From Balanoglossus misakiensis (Eukaryota; Animalia; Hemichordata), in assembly GCA_040954595.2 (NCBI GenBank), contig CM082596.2:3527025-3591024 (forward strand): DNA of 64,000 nucleotides, in the 5' to 3' direction. The notes under the pieces were generated by a model. It had not been told where the DNA came from and did not search any database. It saw only the letters and a program-made list of their open reading frames with translations. Positions 62,701 through 64,000 of the stretch are shown here, in pieces (position 1 is the first letter of the stretch; each line of letters begins with the position of its first letter). The position numbers and the translations under genes were made by a program.

Positions 62701-63990
62701 AAGAAGCAAAGGAAATGAAGATGGGAAGAAGAGAGTGAGAGGTGAACTTGAAGTAAAGGATGAAGGAGTCGTTTGGGGAAATGATCTTACCTCTGTTGCA
62801 TTTAACATAAATTCAGCAGAAAACAAGTCATGAGATATGCAAAGTTTCATTCACAACCTGGCTTAAACATTTTCTCAGAATTGGCCTATTCAATGCTCAT
62901 TGTTTTCACCCTAACATATATTTATTTCAAAGATTTTGCAAAAGCAAAATGGCCACTGACAATAGGTAATTATATCAGAACCATGATGCTTACCATAAGG
63001 TGCTGGTAGGGTCACTGGTGCAGTAGGCTCAGAAGGTTTGCTAAGACCAGCTTTATTTTCAGCAGCAACTTTAAACTGATAGACCGAGTTCTCTCTGAGA
63101 TCAGTCACTACACATGTAAGATCTGTGACTTGGGAATACTGCACCCACAAGGTACTGAATTTGTCCTTACAATACACTGTATAACCAAGGATTGGAGCCC
63201 CGCCATCAGTTTCAGATGGAACCAATTTCAAAGTGACAGAGTTAGAAGTGACCTCAATGACCTGAGGAACACCTGGAGCCCCTGGTACATCTGAGTAGAT
63301 AAACAGGGTCAGAAGGAAGAGTAAGAAGGACAATTCTCCACAGGTTATCTCTATGGGGTTAGACCTAAGCAGGCTAGGGGTCAACATTATAGAGAGTTGA
63401 TATTATTGATAAAAGTCATTGTTTATCAACATGTCCACCATGGCCAATTTGCAAAGTGGGTGCATTACTGTCTATTAGGACTAATAGACTATCAGAAAAT
63501 GTTTCCAAAAAGAAAAGGACACCTTTGAGTCCATCAAAAAATAACCAAAGAAGAATTAGGAATTCATCAAAGCAGTCCACTAAGAAGTTATGAAAAACTA
63601 AAGTCATCAAAGCCATTGATTATTAAGTTAAGGAATCCAGGAAACAATCTACATGATGCAAGCTAAAATGCAATCAAGGAATCGTGGCCTTACCATAAGG
63701 ATCTTTAACCTTAGTTGGAGCAGAAGGTTGACTAGCTGGGCCAAGACCAGCTTTATTTTCAGCAGAAACCCTGAACTCATAGACAGAGTTTTCTTTCAGA
63801 TCTCTCAGAATACAAGTGGTGTTCAGCACTGTTGCTGCAGTGACCCATTTAAGACTGAACTGTTCTTTCAATTCTACCACATAGGAAGTGATTTGACTGC
63901 CACCGTCAGACGGAGGCGGTCGCCATGTCAGTTTCAAGGATGACTTAGTGATGTCAGATACATCAGGTTTGCTGGGTGCATCAGGAATAT
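234..63990 (-). CDS. TTN: Giant titin-family (titin/twitchin-like) muscle protein gene, partial multi-exon span: FN3 array, Ig/FN3 modules, kinase, C-terminal Ig/IQ region
   Basis: About 100 frame-compatible GT-AG exons encode titin-type FN3 (W..P..DGG..I..Y..E, YEFRV.AEN.AG) and I-set Ig domains plus an MLCK/titin-class kinase. The P-zone domain order matches vertebrate titin. The symbol means titin-like; orthology is untested. The part below 17223 may be a separate transcription unit. Confidence 0.9.
708..905 (-). CDS. exon: linker + first half of Ig
   Basis: APEFLKK..GESLTLECEVAG; phase 1-1 GT-AG. Confidence 0.85.
1056..1231 (-). CDS. exon: second half of Ig (absent from ORF track)
   Basis: (W)YKDGKQLSDSGNYKILFEDDDLCSLVI..DSGEYSITAEN; phase 2-1. 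Confidence 0.9.
1378..1513 (-). CDS. exon: first half of Ig (absent from ORF track)
   Basis: KPTVTEKLKDLDVLEGSAARFDCRITGEPDPEIKW; phase 1-2. Confidence 0.9.
1867..2259 (-). CDS. exon: linker + Ig
   Basis: PPEFILRL..VKGDPLPTIKWYK..DSGTYSCTATN; alternative in-frame acceptor at 2250. Confidence 0.85.
2412..2882 (-). CDS. exon: two IQ-type motifs + Ig
   Basis: IQAAFRGQ and DIDLDDPEVAEAARKIQAAFRGH, then PPKFTQEL..Ig; phase 1-1. Confidence 0.9.
3498..3530 (-). CDS. candidate 33-nt cassette microexon (AGENIQNLDNT)
   Basis: TAG|CC..ACAG|GTGAG, phase 1-1, frame-preserving; TACTAAT branch-like motif just upstream. Confidence 0.6.
4488..4731 (-). CDS. exon: Ig
   Basis: RVTEGNKAVFSCEVTGTPEPEVTWY..DAGEYKC; phase 0-1. 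Confidence 0.9.
4906..5050 (-). CDS. exon: DFRxxL motif + start of Ig
   Basis: EQLDFRHLLK..APEFTKKLKNQ; phase 2-0 matches both neighbours. Confidence 0.85.
5625..5807. repeat. imperfect inverted repeat, possible degenerate MITE
   Basis: tcaaaacttgttt (5625-5637) pairs with aaacaagttttga (5795-5807); tttaattc pairs with gaattaaa internally. Confidence 0.35.
6021..6065 (-). CDS. candidate 45-nt cassette microexon (SEEEKHPVTAIQTAL)
   Basis: TATCCACAG|T GAA GAA..CTC AG|GTTGGC; phase 2-2 inside a phase-2 intron; donor is weak. Confidence 0.45.
8091..8316 (-). CDS. exon: second half of Ig + linker (absent from ORF track)
   Basis: VQWSKDGQEV..DSGTYLFTAANSLG; phase 1-2. Confidence 0.9.
8414..8566 (-). 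CDS. exon: linker + first half of Ig
   Basis: PPEFIKKPKSLTVEEGQSATFTAEVDGEP; phase 1-1. Confidence 0.9.
9499..9696 (-). CDS. exon: second half of Ig
   Basis: GAQPMDIGWLRN..DAGNYTCEALN; phase 1-1. Confidence 0.85.
10094..11077 (-). CDS. exon: charged low-complexity region, three acidic-IQ repeats, first half of Ig
   Basis: 3x EEE(I/V)DIDLDDPEV(S/A)KAATKIQATFRGH; phase 1-1, 984 nt. Confidence 0.9.
11514..11692 (-). CDS. exon: second half of Ig (absent from ORF track)
   Basis: (W)FKDDIEIVES..EDAGIYKLNAS; phase 2-1. Confidence 0.9.
11861..11996 (-). CDS. exon: first half of Ig (absent from ORF track)
   Basis: RPSFPNPPRTQKVSEGQDAYFDVTVGGTPKPVTQW; phase 1-2. Confidence 0.9.
13666..14009 (-). 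CDS. exon: Ig, in frame only with the Ser/Arg-rich first exon
   Basis: PTFSLPLRRKIVAEGDTARLSC..DTGKYVC; phase 2-1. Confidence 0.9.
16364..17223 (-). CDS. ATG-initiated Ser/Arg/Tyr-rich first coding exon (internal isoform or second gene)
   Basis: 286 full codons; in-frame TAA four codons upstream of the ATG; ends AG|GTGAGT in phase 2, matching exon 14009. Confidence 0.8.
20236..20411 (-). CDS. exon: second half of third post-kinase Ig (absent from ORF track)
   Basis: (W)FKDHKEIESGQHYEMIFEEDDTCSLII..DAGIYTCQASN; phase 2-1. Confidence 0.9.
20535..20670 (-). CDS. exon: first half of third post-kinase Ig
   Basis: KPRFVELLRDVTIVEGSAARFDCKVIGMPEPIITW; phase 1-2. Confidence 0.9.
20715..20862. repeat. 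imperfect intronic (ATC)n microsatellite
   Basis: runs of catcatcat with a short tgtctt repeat. Confidence 0.9.
20969..21190 (-). CDS. exon: second half of second post-kinase Ig
   Basis: VVWYKNG..DTAEYFANVTN; phase 1-1. Confidence 0.85.
21282..21424 (-). CDS. exon: basic insertion + start of Ig
   Basis: MTLGERARRLRSLRG..PPQFIKHLQD; phase 2-1. Confidence 0.85.
21588..21651 (-). CDS. 64-nt exon: inter-Ig insertion
   Basis: LDEEELARRGEKRIPGLKRVP; phase 1-2, required to keep the frame. Confidence 0.8.
21799..22089 (-). CDS. exon: first post-kinase Ig
   Basis: APRFVIPLENQTALEG..DVGRYVCKAVN. Confidence 0.9.
22275..22672 (-). CDS. kinase exon 5: C-lobe + C-terminal regulatory tail
   Basis: LSGLSPFLGEDDQETLRNV..HPWL..LLAIGRL. 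Confidence 0.95.
22947..23146 (-). CDS. kinase exon 4: DFG and activation segment
   Basis: PENIL..IDFGLAR..FGTPEFVAPE..DMWGLG. Confidence 0.95.
23294..23435 (-). CDS. kinase exon 3: catalytic loop (absent from ORF track)
   Basis: LSGGELFERL..HVLHLDIK. Confidence 0.95.
23597..23797 (-). CDS. kinase exon 2: N-lobe (absent from ORF track)
   Basis: GAYGVVYRAIEK..WAAKFI..EIEIMSMLHHPRLLQL. Confidence 0.95.
23918..24071 (-). CDS. kinase exon 1: N-terminal linker + start of kinase (absent from ORF track)
   Basis: EFEDYEFKRKFYDSQVD..SVYDYYEICEELGR. Confidence 0.9.
24211..24786 (-). CDS. exon: Ig + FN3 immediately before kinase (titin A169-A170-like)
   Basis: APKVNLP..SPDPPRELEVMDIAKDSVKLSW..FLIEKC. 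Confidence 0.9.
24970..25254 (-). CDS. exon: Ig (A168-like)
   Basis: PAHFAKEP..CEVAGYPQPEVQWFRLG. Confidence 0.9.
25441..25746 (-). CDS. exon: FN3
   Basis: FN3 consensus; phase 1-1. Confidence 0.9.
25878..26177 (-). CDS. exon: FN3
   Basis: FN3 consensus; phase 1-1. Confidence 0.9.
26506..26790 (-). CDS. exon: Ig
   Basis: KAGSSVRLAVNFAGVPRP..DAGEY. Confidence 0.9.
27003..27178 (-). CDS. exon: second half of Ig (absent from ORF track)
   Basis: (W)IRRGHELFVGRRYQM..DGGIYTIEVYN; phase 2-1. Confidence 0.9.
27345..27456 (-). CDS. exon: first half of Ig (A164-like; absent from ORF track)
   Basis: GEAPSFVEELVDV..AQFSCKVTGVPKPKIRW; phase 1-2. Confidence 0.9.
27582..27878 (-). CDS. exon: FN3
   Basis: FN3 consensus; phase 1-1. 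Confidence 0.9.
27997..28302 (-). CDS. exon: FN3
   Basis: FN3 consensus; phase 1-1. Confidence 0.9.
28429..28731 (-). CDS. exon: FN3
   Basis: FN3 consensus; phase 1-1. Confidence 0.9.
28844..29128 (-). CDS. exon: Ig
   Basis: KAGNVLRLAVPYSGVPTP..DSGKY. Confidence 0.9.
29249..29512 (-). CDS. exon: short (88-aa) Ig
   Basis: AEFITSIRD..FECIISNENAEVQWEKDG..DIGRYTV. Confidence 0.9.
29766..30068 (-). CDS. exon: FN3
   Basis: FN3 consensus; phase 1-1. Confidence 0.9.
30199..30501 (-). CDS. exon: FN3
   Basis: FN3 consensus; phase 1-1. Confidence 0.9.
30625..30912 (-). CDS. exon: Ig
   Basis: KAGVTLKLDIPYSGVPVP..DGGVY. Confidence 0.9.
31104..31406 (-). CDS. exon: FN3
   Basis: FN3 consensus; phase 1-1. 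Confidence 0.9.
31519..32109 (-). CDS. exon: Ig + FN3
   Basis: KAGSTFQLEA.. then FN3; phase 1-1. Confidence 0.9.
32290..32592 (-). CDS. exon: FN3
   Basis: FN3 consensus; phase 1-1. Confidence 0.9.
32914..33501 (-). CDS. exon: Ig + FN3
   Basis: KAGTTLRVEVPY.. then FN3; phase 1-1. Confidence 0.9.
33688..33990 (-). CDS. exon: FN3
   Basis: FN3 consensus; phase 1-1. Confidence 0.9.
34144..34725 (-). CDS. exon: Ig + FN3 (first Ig after the FN3 array)
   Basis: KAGSTFHLDVPY.. then FN3; phase 1-1. Confidence 0.9.
35559..35564 (-). terminator. candidate AATAAA polyadenylation signal for the alternative last exon
   Basis: tttatt on + strand about 170 nt past the TGA at 35734; second copy at 35459-35464. 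Confidence 0.4.
35734..35936 (-). CDS. candidate alternative terminal exon (unique 67-aa tail)
   Basis: U-rich acceptor TTTACAG|AG in phase 1, open to TGA; internal repeat RPILS x2. Confidence 0.6.
36256..36549 (-). CDS. FN3 exon F56
   Basis: FN3 consensus, GT-AG, phase 1-1. Confidence 0.9.
36727..37029 (-). CDS. FN3 exon F55
   Basis: FN3 consensus, GT-AG, phase 1-1. Confidence 0.9.
37472..37774 (-). CDS. FN3 exon F54
   Basis: FN3 consensus, GT-AG, phase 1-1. Confidence 0.9.
37968..38264 (-). CDS. FN3 exon F53
   Basis: FN3 consensus, GT-AG, phase 1-1. Confidence 0.9.
38390..38692 (-). CDS. FN3 exon F52
   Basis: FN3 consensus, GT-AG, phase 1-1. Confidence 0.9.
38802..39104 (-). CDS. FN3 exon F51
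   Basis: FN3 consensus, GT-AG, phase 1-1. Confidence 0.9.
39335..39637 (-). CDS. FN3 exon F50
   Basis: FN3 consensus, GT-AG, phase 1-1. Confidence 0.9.
39779..40081 (-). CDS. FN3 exon F49
   Basis: FN3 consensus, GT-AG, phase 1-1. Confidence 0.9.
40262..40561 (-). CDS. FN3 exon F48
   Basis: FN3 consensus, GT-AG, phase 1-1. Confidence 0.9.
40717..41019 (-). CDS. FN3 exon F47
   Basis: FN3 consensus, GT-AG, phase 1-1. Confidence 0.9.
41186..41488 (-). CDS. FN3 exon F46
   Basis: FN3 consensus, GT-AG, phase 1-1. Confidence 0.9.
41618..41920 (-). CDS. FN3 exon F45
   Basis: FN3 consensus, GT-AG, phase 1-1. Confidence 0.9.
42203..42505 (-). CDS. FN3 exon F44
   Basis: FN3 consensus, GT-AG, phase 1-1. 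Confidence 0.9.
42661..42963 (-). CDS. FN3 exon F43
   Basis: FN3 consensus, GT-AG, phase 1-1. Confidence 0.9.
43540..43839 (-). CDS. FN3 exon F42
   Basis: FN3 consensus, GT-AG, phase 1-1. Confidence 0.9.
43991..44293 (-). CDS. FN3 exon F41
   Basis: FN3 consensus, GT-AG, phase 1-1. Confidence 0.9.
44431..45027 (-). CDS. double FN3 exon F39-F40
   Basis: 597 nt, two FN3 joined by AAKPPYTVPDTP. Confidence 0.9.
45210..45512 (-). CDS. FN3 exon F38 (absent from ORF track)
   Basis: [37 protein letters not shown]; phase 1-1. Confidence 0.9.
45658..45960 (-). CDS. FN3 exon F37
   Basis: FN3 consensus, GT-AG, phase 1-1. Confidence 0.9.
46532..46828 (-). CDS. FN3 exon F36
   Basis: FN3 consensus, GT-AG, phase 1-1. 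Confidence 0.9.
47001..47591 (-). CDS. double FN3 exon F34-F35
   Basis: 591 nt, paralogous to F18-F19. Confidence 0.9.
47727..48029 (-). CDS. FN3 exon F33
   Basis: FN3 consensus, GT-AG, phase 1-1. Confidence 0.9.
48414..48716 (-). CDS. FN3 exon F32
   Basis: FN3 consensus, GT-AG, phase 1-1. Confidence 0.9.
48895..49197 (-). CDS. FN3 exon F31
   Basis: FN3 consensus, donor GTGTGT, phase 1-1. Confidence 0.9.
49339..49641 (-). CDS. FN3 exon F30
   Basis: FN3 consensus, GT-AG, phase 1-1. Confidence 0.9.
49758..50063 (-). CDS. FN3 exon F29
   Basis: FN3 consensus, GT-AG, phase 1-1. Confidence 0.9.
50172..50474 (-). CDS. FN3 exon F28
   Basis: FN3 consensus, GT-AG, phase 1-1. Confidence 0.9.
50591..50893 (-). 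CDS. FN3 exon F27
   Basis: FN3 consensus, GT-AG, phase 1-1. Confidence 0.9.
51093..51398 (-). CDS. FN3 exon F26
   Basis: FN3 consensus, GT-AG, phase 1-1. Confidence 0.9.
51562..51864 (-). CDS. FN3 exon F25
   Basis: FN3 consensus, GT-AG, phase 1-1. Confidence 0.9.
51981..52283 (-). CDS. FN3 exon F24
   Basis: FN3 consensus, GT-AG, phase 1-1. Confidence 0.9.
52402..52704 (-). CDS. FN3 exon F23
   Basis: FN3 consensus, GT-AG, phase 1-1. Confidence 0.9.
53002..53304 (-). CDS. FN3 exon F22
   Basis: FN3 consensus, GT-AG, phase 1-1. Confidence 0.9.
53568..53870 (-). CDS. FN3 exon F21
   Basis: FN3 consensus, GT-AG, phase 1-1. Confidence 0.9.
54306..54599 (-). CDS. FN3 exon F20
   Basis: FN3 consensus, AAG acceptor, phase 1-1. 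Confidence 0.88.
54850..55440 (-). CDS. double FN3 exon F18-F19
   Basis: 591 nt, paralogous to F34-F35. Confidence 0.9.
55727..56029 (-). CDS. FN3 exon F17
   Basis: FN3 consensus, GT-AG, phase 1-1. Confidence 0.9.
56182..56484 (-). CDS. FN3 exon F16
   Basis: FN3 consensus, GT-AG, phase 1-1. Confidence 0.9.
56701..57003 (-). CDS. FN3 exon F15
   Basis: FN3 consensus, GT-AG, phase 1-1. Confidence 0.9.
57125..57427 (-). CDS. FN3 exon F14
   Basis: FN3 consensus, GT-AG, phase 1-1. Confidence 0.9.
57604..57909 (-). CDS. FN3 exon F13
   Basis: FN3 consensus, GT-AG, phase 1-1. Confidence 0.9.
58094..58396 (-). CDS. FN3 exon F12
   Basis: FN3 consensus, GT-AG, phase 1-1. Confidence 0.9.
58602..58904 (-). 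CDS. FN3 exon F11
   Basis: FN3 consensus, GT-AG, phase 1-1. Confidence 0.9.
59075..59380 (-). CDS. FN3 exon F10
   Basis: FN3 consensus, GT-AG, phase 1-1. Confidence 0.9.
59523..59825 (-). CDS. FN3 exon F9
   Basis: FN3 consensus, GT-AG, phase 1-1. Confidence 0.9.
59985..60287 (-). CDS. FN3 exon F8
   Basis: FN3 consensus, GT-AG, phase 1-1. Confidence 0.9.
60482..60784 (-). CDS. FN3 exon F7
   Basis: FN3 consensus, GT-AG, phase 1-1. Confidence 0.9.
60996..61298 (-). CDS. FN3 exon F6
   Basis: FN3 consensus, GT-AG, phase 1-1. Confidence 0.9.
61411..61713 (-). CDS. FN3 exon F5
   Basis: FN3 consensus, GT-AG, phase 1-1. Confidence 0.9.
61845..62147 (-). CDS. FN3 exon F4
   Basis: FN3 consensus, GT-AG, phase 1-1. 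Confidence 0.9.
62370..62666 (-). CDS. FN3 exon F3
   Basis: FN3 consensus, GT-AG, phase 1-1. Confidence 0.9.
62994..63290 (-). CDS. FN3 exon F2
   Basis: FN3 consensus except the strand-B Trp, GT-AG, phase 1-1. Confidence 0.88.
63694..63990 (-). CDS. FN3 exon F1 (first in window)
   Basis: FN3 consensus, GT-AG, phase 1-1. Confidence 0.9.
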
Positions 63991-64000
63991 CTGAGGTGCA

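Larger units (their letters stand above)
36256..63990 (-). repeat. tandem array of 56 FN3 domains in 53 symmetric exons (F1-F56 in transcript order)
   Basis: 294-306-nt exons, typically starting D-V-P and ending P-P-Y-(G), separated by short non-alignable introns. Confidence 0.95.

Noticed and set aside
2034-63943. Dozens of + strand and off-frame ORFs overlapping the exons
   Set aside because: They are antisense or frame shadows of the FN3/Ig exons (recurring LPTPALFSA mirrors AENKAGVGK) with no independent gene structure
36256-63990. Repeat-spacer periodicity resembling a CRISPR array or minisatellite (recurring ccaacaccagccttgttctc)
   Set aside because: The repeats are coding FN3 motifs in 300-nt exons and the spacers are GT-AG introns
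36256-63990. Dscam-style one-of-many mutually exclusive cluster
   Set aside because: Introns are long enough to splice serially, the super-repeat order is preserved and no docking/selector sequences were visible; cassette skipping remains possible

Overview
AT-rich eukaryotic (invertebrate-looking animal) genomic DNA, almost entirely occupied by one giant minus-strand titin-family locus that enters at the right edge and probably exits at the left edge. About 100 GT-AG exons were placed by hand. In transcript order: (1) 56 consecutive FN3 domains with no Ig, in 53 phase-1/phase-1 exons (63990-36256), built from a 16-domain super-repeat with nested triplets and exon-restricted conversion tracts; (2) a candidate alternative last exon with AATAAA (35936-35734); (3) [Ig-Fn-Fn]x4, Ig-Ig-Fn-Fn-Fn, then the vertebrate-titin P-zone pattern Ig-Ig-Fn-Fn-Ig-Ig-Fn; (4) a kinase with intact catalytic motifs and an MLCK-like activation segment (24071-22275); (5) three Ig domains; (6) an 8-kb interval holding an internal ATG-led Ser/Arg-rich exon plus its private Ig exon; (7) eight more Ig domains interleaved with neurogranin/PEP-19-like acidic-IQ repeats, an MLCK-type DFRxxL motif and candidate microexons. 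Whether parts 6-7 are the tail of the same gene or a second gene cannot be settled from sequence alone. Organism and novelty could not be checked without database searches.
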